A DNA stretch of 63,883 bases, the filler included, from Octopus bimaculoides (Eukaryota), in NCBI RefSeq assembly GCF_001194135.2. It is 4 parts of 4 records of this genome, joined end to end, with 100 filler letters (N's around TTAATTAATTAA, not from the genome) between each part and the next. Parts side by side here need not be neighbours in the genome. Positions count along the whole stretch, not along the records: positions 29,803 to 58,192 come from NC_068994.1; positions 58,293 to 61,836 come from NC_068987.1; 2 more parts are not named here. The stretch is one strand, 5' to 3'. Below the pieces are notes generated by a model. The model was not told where the DNA came from and made no database searches. It worked only from the letters and a program-made list of their open reading frames with translations. Both the position numbers and the translations under genes were made by a program. The number at the start of each line of letters is the position of its first letter. Position 1 is the stretch's first letter. This document shows positions 47,197 through 58,799 of the stretch, in pieces.

Positions 47197-47318
47197 TTAA
47201 CTGACAACAACATCTGGTGTTGAAGGTAACTGTCTCTCTGGAGGTTTCACATATCTGTCTTGGTAATGGTCTCTCTCAATGGTGCTTGATACATCAGGTG
47301 GGGCACCACCATAGATTC
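47197..47318 (-). CDS. Protocadherin D terminal exon 4
   Basis: GIYGGAPPDVSSTIERDHYQDRYVKPPERQLPSTPDVVVS*. Confidence 0.9.
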
Positions 47319-50300
47319 CTGAAACACAAAGTTTGAGTTAAAAAATAATTAAAATTCATGATAATATTTGAAAGCTATCTTATAATAATTCTACTTGTCA
47401 TTCCATTACTTAGCCCATCAGTAACGGTTTCACATGATTGGAGAAAAAGAGGGAGAAAGAAAAGAGGGAGAGAGAAAAAGAGGGAAAGAGTAGCATCTAT
47501 GATGTGAAGGGAATGTAATTATAACATTTTCACATGATTAGTTGAAGGGAAAGAGAGGAGAAAGAAAAAGGAAAGAGAAAGAGAGGATAGTGCAAAGAGA
47601 TAGAAAGAGGGAGAGAGAAGCATCCATGATGTGAGGTAGGGGGAATGTAATATTTATTATGTGGTTAAAAAAGTTAGCTGAAGGTAGTGATGATATAGAG
47701 GAGGAGAGTTAAAAATATAATAAAAGCAGAGGGGTGATGTTCTGATGGTGAGATTAAAGAAAGGCAGAGAGAGGGGGGGAGAAAGCGAGATGATGGAGAA
47801 AGAGAGGGGGAAAGAGAGATGATGGAGANNNNNNNNNNNNNNNNNNNNNNNNNNNNNNNNNNNNNNNNNNNNNNNNNNNNNNNNNNNNNNNNNNNNNNNN
47901 NNNNNNNNNNNNNNNNNNNNNNNNNNNNNNNNNNNNNNNNNNNNNNNNNNNNNNNNNNNNNNNNNNNNNNNNNNNNNNNNNNNNNNNNNNNNNNNNNNNN
48001 NNGGAGAGAGAGATGATGGAGAAAGAGAGGGGGAGAGAGAGATGATGGAGAAAGAGAGGGGGAGAGAGAGATGATGGAGAAAGAGAGGGGGAGAGAGAGA
48101 TGGTGGAGGTGGTGATTGGATAGTGAAAAGTGTATTTTTATTTGTATTTGAACTAAGTTTTTATATCACTTATCACTTAACGCATAAGTGCAATTCTGCG
48201 AAATATTCACGGGTCCTGTTAGTACATATAATACCAAATATAAACAATAACACAAGGAAGAATGAATTAGCAATGAGAATGAAGGAGGGCTTTAGTCTTT
48301 GGTTATAATTCTCCTCCCATTGAGGATGCATTATAGAGATATTGAAGCAACCCCAGAATTTGACAGGTGCTTATTTCATCAAGCACAGGAAAATGAAAGG
48401 TAAAGTTGATCACATTTAAACTTGGAACATACAGACCCATGATTAAATACCATAAATATTTTGTTTAATATCTAATTATTCTGCGTTTGCATACAATGGT
48501 GATGATGATAGTAATAAGAACAATAATAGTCTTACCTGACATTGCTGGTATTTCTTCATACTGTCTACTTGACCGCTCACTCCAGCACTGTCCACTACTC
48601 TTACGACTGGTCAATGTGTCAGTGGGATAGTTAGACGATGGTCTATTGTCTCCATAAGATGTCACCTCAATGGGTTGACTGTATTTCTGCTGGTGATAAA
48701 ACAGAACCTTATATAAGCATAAATACATTGTCAACTGCCATGAATAGTTAATGTCATTTCCGATGGGAATCTAGAAACGTTACATAATATGAACAGTCAG
48801 AATCAAATGTTGATTACATCTGGGATAAACAAGCACATAATATGGCACTTTCATCAACAAAACTTAACTTTATAAATAACACACATAGTTAAGCAGGTAT
48901 GATTTAGAGATTGTCTAGTTTGATACATAGTCAACATGCTTGAAGCATAAAACACTGGACTCTGTTTTAGGATCAACACATTATCCATTAAGACTAAACA
49001 GTAAATAAACAGAAAAGACAACAAAAGAAAATGTGAATAAACTATAATCATTCATGAGTACAAATAGTTTGAAAGTGGAAGACATTGGTTTGCAATGAGA
49101 AACAGGATATGCAGAACCTCCCTCACTAACTCCCAACACTGGCTGTAACGACACTCCTCAGAACCTAGAGCTTATTTCATCATACACAGATGATGTAATT
49201 CACTATAATGTAAGGGAGTTTCTAAATTAACTGAAAGAATAAAAGATTAAGATATTATTTCTAGAAGAATATTCAGATCACATCACATTTTGCTATTGAA
49301 CAGAAGCTTAAAGAAAATAGATTGAAATGAAAATTGTTCTGCAGTATCTATAATTAATCTGGTGTTGAATGATATAGAGTTATGCATAGAAATCTGCTTT
49401 CAATTCAGAGTTACTATTTACTTCAGGTAATGTCTAAATATTAAGAAATTAATTACAGAATATTTCATACTTACCTTTGTAGACTTTTGAAGACTTCTGT
49501 TCATTGTCGATGTCTTCCAGTCTTCAGGATAGTAATGGCTCCTCGAATGACCATATCTGTCTGATGTCTCTCCTCGATTACCTGACATCACAGGTACACT
49601 GTTGTTACCTTGATAGATCAACTGTCTCATCTCATTGCGACATTGGTATGCCTGTTTCTCTTCTGCTGTTCTTTCAGAGGAGCTATTTCTCACATTGTTA
49701 CATCTCACAATACACAGTGTTATAGAAACCACAATAGCTATAGATACTATCACAGCTGCTACTACAATGATAATCAACAATGTGGCATCTATGGTGTTAT
49801 CACNNNNNNNNNNNNNNNNNNNNNNNNNNNNNNNNNNNNNNNNNNNNNNNNNNNNNNNNNNNNNNNNNNNNNNNNNNNNNNNNNNNNNNNNNNNNNNNNN
49901 NNNNNNNNNNNNNNNNNNNNNNNNNNNNNNNNNNNNNNNNNNNNNNNNNNNNNNNNNNNNNNNNNNNNNNNNNNNNNNNNNNNNNNNNNNNNNNNNNNNN
50001 NNNNNNNNNNNNNNNNNNNNNNNNNNNNNNNNNNNNNNNNNNNNNNNNNNNNNNNNNNNNNNNNNNNNNNNNNNNNNNNNNNNNNNNNNNNNNNNNNNNN
50101 NNNNNNNNNNNNNNNNNNNNNNNNNNNNNNNNNNNNNNNNNNNNNNNNNNNNNNNNNNNNNNNNNNNNNNNNNNNNNNNNNNNNNNNNNNNNNNNNNNNN
50201 NNNNNNNNNNNNNNNNNNNNNNNNNNNNNNNNNNNNNNNNNNNNNNNNNNNNNNNNNNNNNNNNNNNNNNNNNNNNNNNNNNNNNNNNNNNNNNNNNNNN

Positions 50301-51996
50301 NNNNNNNNNNNNNNNNNNNNNNNNNNNNNNNNNNNNNNNNNNNNNNNNNNNNNNNNNNNNNNNNNNNNNNNNNNNNNNNNNNNNNNNNNNNNNNNNNNNN
50401 NNNNNNNNNNNNNNNNNNNNNNNNNNNNNNNNNNNNNNNNNNNNNNNNNNNNNNNNNNNNNNNNNNNNNNNNNNNNNNNNNNNNNNNNNNNNNNNNNNNN
50501 NNNNNNNNNNNNNNNNNNNNNNNNNNNNNNNNNNNNNNNNNNNNNNNNNNNNNNNNNNNNNNNNNNNNNNNNNNNNNNNNNNNNNNNNNNNNNNNNNNNN
50601 NNNNNNNNNNNNNNNNNNNNNNNNNNNNNNNNNNNNNNNNNNNNNNNNNNNNNNNNNNNNNNNNNNNNNNNNNNNNNNNNNNNNNNNNNNNNNNNNNNNN
50701 NNNGTGATAATGTTCCTGTGTCTCTCTGTCCACTGCTTTCTTTAGAACTATTTTATATTCCTTTGATCCCATTGACTGTAGTTTGAATGTGTCGTCTTTG
50801 ATATGACAGTTCACCTCTCCATTGTGTCCAACATCGTTGTCAGTGACCATCACATAAGCAATGAAACTACCAACTTTGATATCTTCCAGAATGGTGGCTG
50901 TGTTGTGATTCTGTGTAGAAATAAAGTTCACATCAATATTTGGGGGATTGTTGTGTTGGTTGATGACATTTACCATAACAGTGGCTATGGAACTGAGAGG
51001 AGGGCTGCCCCCATCTCTAGCTTCAATGTATAATTTAAATGTTTCTTCATTGAAGTTTGTATTTTTTGAGAACAATATTTCTCCTGTGATTTTATCTAAT
51101 TTAAAATATTGTTTGTTTTTCTCAAGTGTCTTTGGACTAAAATAATAAGAAATCTCTCCATTTTTACCAATATCCAGATCTTCAGCTGATACAATAACAA
51201 CAGCTTTGTTTTTGTCTTGTGTTTTCTTTACAGAAATATTGTATAGTTTTTGTTGAAATACAGGTAAATTATCATTTTCATCTTGAACTTCTATGTTTAC
51301 CTTTAAAACACTTTCTTTCGATGGACTTCCTCCATCCTTAGCAATAACTTCCAGACTATAGTGATCTTTCCCTTCTCTGTTTAATTTACTTTCTAGAACA
51401 ATCTCTAGTCGAGATATTCCATCAGCTCTTTTAGAAACTAACAATGAAAACATTTCCTCGTTGTCCTTTAAATGATAATTAATTACACTATTTAAAACTC
51501 CAACATCTTTGTCAATGGCATTTGGAATGGACTTTTTCATTCCTTCTCTGTCTCCTTCTCCAAACTGTAAAGTTATTTCCTTGTCTGGAAACTCAGGTTG
51601 GTGGTCATTGATGTCTTCTATAACTACTTTAATTTTTAAGATTTTTATGAAAGTATTTCTTTTATGAACAGCAACTTTAACTTCCTGGAAACACTCCTTT
51701 TCAAAAGTACAGAGGGCTTCAGCATCCAGTGTTTGTATTGTGTAAATTTTCCCACTTTCAGAAACATTAAATATCTGTGTTCCTTTAAGTTTCAGTTGAT
51801 TAAATGTAATCTGACCAATGTCTCCAGATGGCACTACGTCTTGAAACTGTGGATCAGCTGTAATGTCTCCAACAAATGTATGTGTATTTGTCTCTTCCTT
51901 TACCTTGTAGATTAAGTTAAAACTGAGACAGCAGGGGAAGAAGAACGTTAGCAAAACTGAAATGCTCAACATATTTTCTTTTGTCACTGAAAGCAT
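47197..51996 (-). CDS. Protocadherin D; coding exons 51996-49475 (gap 49804-50703), 48689-48536, 47318-47197
   Basis: Signal peptide, EC1-EC4, TM helix LLIIIVVAAVIVSIAIVVSITLCIV after the gap, and two cytoplasmic exons with canonical phase-matched splice sites; exon 2 acceptor at 52026. Confidence 0.94.
47765..48105. repeat. 29-bp purine-rich minisatellite spanning a gap in protocadherin D intron 3
   Basis: Unit GGAGAGAGAGATGATGGAGAAAGAGAGGG on both sides of gap 47829-48002. Confidence 0.9.
48536..48689 (-). CDS. Protocadherin D cytoplasmic exon 3
   Basis: Protein identical to A exon 3, with 8 synonymous differences. Confidence 0.9.
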
Positions 51997-52231
51997 TGAC
52001 AAAAACCAAACTTCAACAGCAGATTCTGAAATATGAAAATGGATTTAGAATTATTAGCTTGTTTTAATAACTCAATATAAAGAAACAAAATTCTGTTATA
52101 ATTTTATAAAGTGATTTGTGCCAGACATATATTCCTCCATAGCACTCATTACTTTCAGCAATGATTTCTGCATGTTTTGTCTTGAAAATACATTTTCCCT
52201 CAAACATAAGATAGAAAGATTACCGCCACCG

Positions 52232-52232
52232 C

Positions 52233-52280
<48 letters not shown>

Positions 52281-52720
52281 TATTATCATTATTATCATCG
52301 TCATTATCATTACTGAGTGAGAGAGCAGTGAATGCCATCAAAGTGATACTGGGGTAAAATATACAAAGCCCAATATATCCATCATGACTGCCTGCCTGAT
52401 AAGGGTACACCAGGGACATGCATCACAACCATGTGTGTGCAACATGATCTCATATCAAGATAAACAGCGCATGACCTTGCAGGTGGGGGCCTAGTTAGAA
52501 TTTTCTTCAGGTCGAGTAACCCATCCCACTCAAAAGGTCGCTGAATAAGGGTTGTTTAAGGGCATTGAACGAAACACCTATGTTTCCAGAGGTGAATTAT
52601 TCACACCCCAAAGAATTCTTCTCAACACATGGCTATGGTGCCCCCCCCCACCCACTACTTCTGCTCATGATCAGAGATGCACATACTGTCAGCCACCAAG
52701 GGACACACTCAACTATTTAA
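52232..52720 (-). mobile_element. Longer copy of the third SINE-like family in protocadherin D intron 1
   Basis: Homologous to 3753-3983; (GAT/AAT)n tail at 52232-52310. Confidence 0.75.
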
Positions 52721-55417
52721 GGTTGTAGAAAGAAGTACCAGTTGGGTACTGGGGTAGACCTTGTACTTATGTAAGAAATCAATATCTTATTGGAAAAGAT
52801 TTCATATGTTGGTTATATTTGATGAAAGATATCTAAGCTAAGTTGTGATTATGATTTTGCTTGTCAATCTAAGATGATGATATTTCATTTTAATCTCCAA
52901 CTGGTACTTCTATCTACAACATAAGAGTGGAGGTCAGTCTCAGAGGGATTTGAAGTTGGGAGCAGAAAGGTACACAGCTAAACACTATAAAGTATTTTGT
53001 GAGTCAATCTACAAATTCCGTCCATTGCAATAAGGTAATCCATTTAATTCATCATCATCATCATCGTTTAACGTCCGCTTTCCATGCTAGCATGGGTTTA
53101 ATTATATATATCTAATTAATTATAGCAATTGAATGAACTAAATTGGTTGATATATTGATATATTGAGGCAAAAACTTAGTTCACTTACAGAGGAATGAGA
53201 GAGAGAGAAAAAAAACAAACAAACAAAACATTAAACACTCTCCACGGGACATGATCCTTGAATCTGATTGTTTATTATCTGCAATTCTACTGTAGAGTTT
53301 GACAAGATGATGTAGTCTTACAATATGAAAGTCAATTTCATTTGATTGCATTGTCTCACTAATTATAATTCTAATGCAATTAACTGGAGGATGCAATTAA
53401 AGGAAATCACATAGGAGGCAATGAACTATGATACTTCTATTCATATAATAATGAGTAATAACATAGTTTGATGAACATACAACTTTATATACCAGTAATA
53501 TATCTTTCAGTAATGAAACCTTCTTGGCAAAGAAAAGAGTCTATAAGATCTTAAATTGATTTTCTATAACACTACAAACAGTAAGAGTCATTCATTTAGT
53601 TAGAAACACAAATCATACTTCTAGATATTTTAATATAGTGAAAATAAATATGTTATTTCCAGTAAAGATTATTTGTTGTGGAGCCTCTGATTCAACATGT
53701 AGCTTGTTGATCTAAAGATGTCAAACATTCACACAATTGAGGACCATGCATTTTGATATATATTTGTTTTGGTTGATATTGCTTATTCCTAAAATCAACT
53801 ATGATTCAATAGGCCTATGATTAAAGACATTCCAGTTGTGACCATCCTCTTGCCAGATGTGTCATACCATTTTTAAGATAGTGAAGTGTAACAGGAAGGA
53901 TATCTAGCTGCTATTTCTAGTAGGTCTAATAACAATGTAGAAATTCCATCATTGATGTATAGTGGTTTATTGTATGAAGTGCAATGTATAACAGCCTGGA
54001 AATATGACTGTTGTTCCCGTGTCCATTATATTCCTGCAAGTTCTGCTGAGGCCAATCACATAAACTTAGAGTATGACTGTGATAGGTTTTCTACACAGCT
54101 TTGCTGATGCATCTCAACAGTGTTTGGGATTAATGAGGTTATTGGTTTCACTACCATCTTTGGTGAAGATGTGATTTGTGTGTATCTGGGATAAAGCAGG
54201 AGGATAATGTGCTAAGCATGGTATAGTCATGGTTTTCTAGAGTTTTGTGGATGTGTCTGGGTGTCTGAGAATGATGGAACCTGTAATAGCTTACAACAAT
54301 AATAAACTGTACTCTTCATGTGTCCATGAGGTCTTTGGTTTTGAATGCAATTGACTTATTAAAAATAATAGCCAAATCTTCCTCAGAAATTCCTTGTCCT
54401 AAGCAAGGAATATAACTTGAAAAATTCAAGTCCAAAAGGTAATTTGCCTGGAAACAAGACGGTATGGTTATGTGTAGAATATCAACTGAATGCTTTTCCA
54501 GTTGGACATTTTTATTTGAAATACGAAATTTTAAGCTATGTTCTTGTAATATCTATTGTACCATCTCTTTCTCTGGGATAGAAACACACAGATGTAATTG
54601 ACAAGTTAACCCTTTTAAATAATCTCCTTATAAAATTTAACACAAGCAATGTGACACTTCATAATGGAAGTGATAAGCCAACCTTCTTTGTATGGTACAT
54701 TAAATGGTATATAATTACATTCAATTAAAACAGCTGGAAATTTATAATTTCTAAAATACATTTATTTGGTTGTTAAAATTAATTTGATAGATTCAATTAT
54801 TATTTGCAATTATTAAAAATATTTTTAGCAAACAGAAAAAATATATTTACTTCACTAATATATTTGCTTAATGGAAATACATATAAAAAAAAAAACAACA
54901 TATTTTCTATGCCATCTTACAATTACCAATGATAAACAATTTCAAAACATTCTTTTAAAACTCATCATTGTATTGTAATAAACATGACAATAATCTCATA
55001 ATATTATTATATGAACATATAAGATATTTCAAATGTTGAGGAGAAAGTATGAAGTAAAACCAGCAGCTATAACTTTCTCTATTGATTATCTTTTTATAAC
55101 AGACCAGCCATTTTATATAAAAAATACTGCTAAGTCTACAACAGAAACCTGACAGAATACAGTTCTCTTGAGAAAAAGGCTGTTTTTTTAATATTTTAAA
55201 ATGCTGAAATACAATATTTTATCATACAGGCTTCTATAATATTGACACAAACAGAATCTAAGAATGAATTACGTAATTTATAAAATGAAAAATCTTCATA
55301 TAATGTTTTCTTTTCACAATTCCTAAAAAGAAAAACGTTCTATGTTTAAAATATATCTATTTCTCATTTATAATAAAAGAAATACAAAACAAAACTAACA
55401 AAACTGAGACTACTTAC

Positions 55418-55615
55418 ATTGAGTGTGCATAAAATCCTTTGTTGTATAAACTGTGACTTGGTCCCAATGTTCTGTTGTTAATGGTTGTCTGTGTCACTGC
55501 TGCTATGGTGTGACAATGGCTTCATGTTGATGGAATAGTGTTGGTGGTGAGTCAGTGGGGAACCAGCAGTTCCCCTCACTCTTCTCTGTGGATAGGGGAT
55601 GTTTAGTGAGTGTGT
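55418..55615 (-). other. Non-coding leader exon 1 of protocadherin D (start approximate)
   Basis: Reverse-complement copy of the leader, donor CAAT|gtaagt. Confidence 0.82.
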
Positions 55616-55687
55616 GACTGTGTAAGTGTTACTTCCAGCCTAAGTCAGGCTCGATGTATTTTCTCTCAGTGTGAAGTAAGAGAAACA

Positions 55688-55795
55688 ATATCAACTCCTC
55701 TAATAATTTTACCTGATAAGTCTAGATAATACCAGCATGTCAGATACAGAAAGAGCTTAATTGAAATATTTTAACTTTAAGAAAGAGGACATATT
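55688..55795 (-). promoter_or_regulatory. Diverged copy of the conserved upstream block, protocadherin D
   Basis: Retains ACATGYTGGTRTTATMTAGACTTATC and TTAGWGGAGYTGATA. Confidence 0.5.
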
Positions 55796-56267
55796 ATAAG
55801 AATATATTGCTAAGAATTTAAGAAGATAATAAACTCTATCACAGTTAATGGATATTTGACCTACTTTTACAGTAATTCCCAATTCTCTCAATATTCTCCC
55901 AATTAAAGAAGGAAGAATGGCAAAAATATTTTCAATACATCTTTATTTACAAAAATTTATGATTATCCATCATTATAATCAAAAGTCTTATTGAGAAAAC
56001 ACAAAAAGATATTTTAACATTAGATATATAAAAACACTTTAAAATGACAAGGTTACTTCAACAGAAAGAGAAATTATAATTAAGGACTGTAGATAATTCA
56101 AGTTTCTGATACAAAATAATCAATGTCAGTTTGTTGACAAAGGAAGCTAAAGTCTTGGGGAAAATATTTAATGTGTATTTGGTAAGGTGTGTTTGTTGTT
56201 GTTGTTGTTGTTGTTGTTGATTGAGGACAGTCTTTAAATGTTTCAGTCTTTTAACATTAATCAAGCG

Positions 56268-56607
56268 TCAATTAAGTATTATAACATCTGGTGTTGATGG
56301 CAATTGTTTTTCTGATGGTTTTACATACCTCTCTTGGTTCTCTTGCAGCTCACTACATGCTGACGTGCTAGCCTGTATACCACAAAGCCCTGCAAAACAG
56401 CAGACAATAGAAAACATGGAGCAATCTTTAATGGACCTCATATGAGATCAAGACTGGAATTGAAAAATAGCCCTTCTCTACCTGATACTGCTGGTATTTC
56501 TTCATAGTGTGTACTTGACCTTTCACTCCTGCACTGTCCACTGTCTTTATGATTGCTCAACAAATCAGTAGTCAAATGATGTCACTGCTACTGGTTGACG
56601 AGTTTTG
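56268..56607 (-). pseudogene. Protocadherin E 3' exons (exon 3 56607-56482 frameshifted as assembled; exon 4 56389-56268 intact)
   Basis: Exon 4 reads GLCGIQASTSACSELQENQERYVKPSEKQLPSTPDVIILN*. Exon 3 retains DSGQCRSERSSTHYEEIPAVS but is 126 nt versus 154, with stops in every frame. A possible exon-2 donor lies at 58181 next to the gap. Confidence 0.7.
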
Positions 56608-57623
56608 CTGTGAAATAAATAAAAGAATATGAAATATTAAACACCACATCAAGTATATTATTTCAATTGAAAAATAGCAAAGAGTTAAAGGGTTTCAGAA
56701 GAATATTTAGAAAAAAAAACCCCACCAGATAACATTAATGGGTGGATATGATCTTTGATTTTGTTTTTGTTTTTTTTTCCTAACATTTAAGTCAGAGGAA
56801 GAATGGCAACATCCGTGACCCGGTCTCTGGGCCCCAAGATTGTTGGGAGGAAGGTCTGTGACAGCATTTGTGTCATGTCTCTTCATAGTGGAGACCCAGC
56901 AATTATCCAGCAGAGTAAACTCGGCTAAAGTTTCTCAAAAGTCATGTTCAACTGGGTAATGAACTAGATCTACCATCCAGGAACTGTCTATATAACAAAC
57001 TCATAAACACTTCCTATCTCCTACATTTCACTCAGAAGCTTCTAAGATAGAAACTGCTTGATTCAATGGAGAACCATCTGGTATATCAGGATACAAGACT
57101 AATTAGGAAACAATAACAATAATCTAATTAATATTCTCAATAAAATCTGTCAGTAATTGCAGTGTATCGAGTTAAAAATAAAATAGTTTCACTGCAGCTT
57201 TGCAGAACATTCAAAGAGTCTGGGCAAACGTAATTTGCATGTGAGAAAATGTCAAAGATGGTTATAAGAAATCTATTGGCATCATACAGAAATTGGTAAT
57301 GCCATATAAACTAATGGTGATCTATTGGCTCAAAATCTTCACTGTTCTCTTTCTAACATCGTTCTGAATTTCAATAATTGAACAAGTTTTCTCAGGCAGG
57401 AGACCAGATACAATGTGATGTAGAAATAATAAGCTAAGAGAGTTTGTAAATAATTCTTACAGCTAAAACTATTTAGTCCTTCATTTGAAACGTAGTGCCA
57501 GGCACAACGTTATTTTTGGTTTACTGCCAAACTGATAATATTCTACAGTGATGATAGAGATATCTCATAACCTTGACTACAGTGAGCTTCAAGATTATAA
57601 TATCAAAATCACAATCCTCTCCT

Positions 57624-57677
<54 letters not shown>

Positions 57678-58192
57678 GCTAGCTAGCTAGCTACGTAAAT
57701 AATAGTAATGCACCTCTGTACATTGTGTATGTGAAATACAGTGGTGTATACAACTCAATACGTTGTGTAACATGGCACACAGTCGAGTACGTGGTGCCAC
57801 AAAGAATCAAAATACTGCAATCATTGAAGACACTGTTTCATATAAAATTTCATCATCTATAGCTATATACAGAAATGTTTCACTTATTATATATGCTGTT
57901 CTCTCTTATTTTCATCATTGCAATAATGCTGAGGTATTCTTCACATTGTAAAAATATGCTGACATAAAATCATTTCAACATTTATACAGATTGCAGGGGA
58001 AAAAAACACATTATTATAAGATAAATATCATCAATCTAAATATTATTTCTACAATCAAGCTGGACACCTTTCAATTAAGTTATTTCATTCAAGCAATGTG
58101 TTGCAAAGCTAAAATGAACATGTTAAAGCTACTAAGAGTAGAGAAAAAAATAAAAAAGTGGGGTACATCAACAAACTTACCTTCAAGTTTAT

Positions 58193-58292
58193 NNNNNNNN
58201 NNNNNNNNNNNNNNNNNNNNNNNNNNNNNNNNNNNNTTAATTAATTAANNNNNNNNNNNNNNNNNNNNNNNNNNNNNNNNNNNNNNNNNNNN
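58193..58292. other. Artificial scaffold join N44-TTAATTAATTAA-N44
   Basis: Same structure as at 29703. Confidence 0.95.
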
Positions 58293-58799
58293 CAGATAGA
58301 TAGATAGATAGATAGATACTAAACTCGTTCCGGTCGATAGAAAGAATTACGACTCTACTTATGTGATATTTCATCGATGTAAAAAAAAGAAAAGAAAAGC
58401 ATATAAGTTTCCTTCTGAGTTTTCAGCCGACACAAAAATGAAAATGAGAGTTTATTGTAAGCTTCTCGCTTTATTAACATCGGAACGCAACTATGAATAA
58501 TACATTTTGTATGCTTATCATGCTTTTTAGTTTTTATTGTATTTTCTTTTGCTCTCTCTCAAGTTGCCACCGTATTTATGTGCAGCATTAAAGAGTTCCG
58601 GTCGAGCAGTCTCCTGGAAAAGAATTATCATAAGGAATATCCTTAAGAAACTCTGATGTCAAGCAAGGCGGATATATGCTGAGAAGTTTTCACGCTCTGC
58701 CCATTTTGTCTTTACTGCGGCCATCTTCCAAATGAAAGCAAAAACTATTTTGAAATAGATTTAGTTGACGAACTGACTACATAGGAAATGTTTTGGTCA

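Noticed and set aside
49789-49803. Apparent stop (VITP*) ending protocadherin D before the TM helix
   Set aside because: A frame artefact of the estimated 900-N gap; another frame continues into the TM and cytoplasmic sequence.
29803-55615. Leader copies as a SINE or CRISPR-like repeat
   Set aside because: No Pol III boxes, tail or TSD, and no regular spacers; position and orientation track the Pcdh genes one-to-one and each copy ends at a splice donor.
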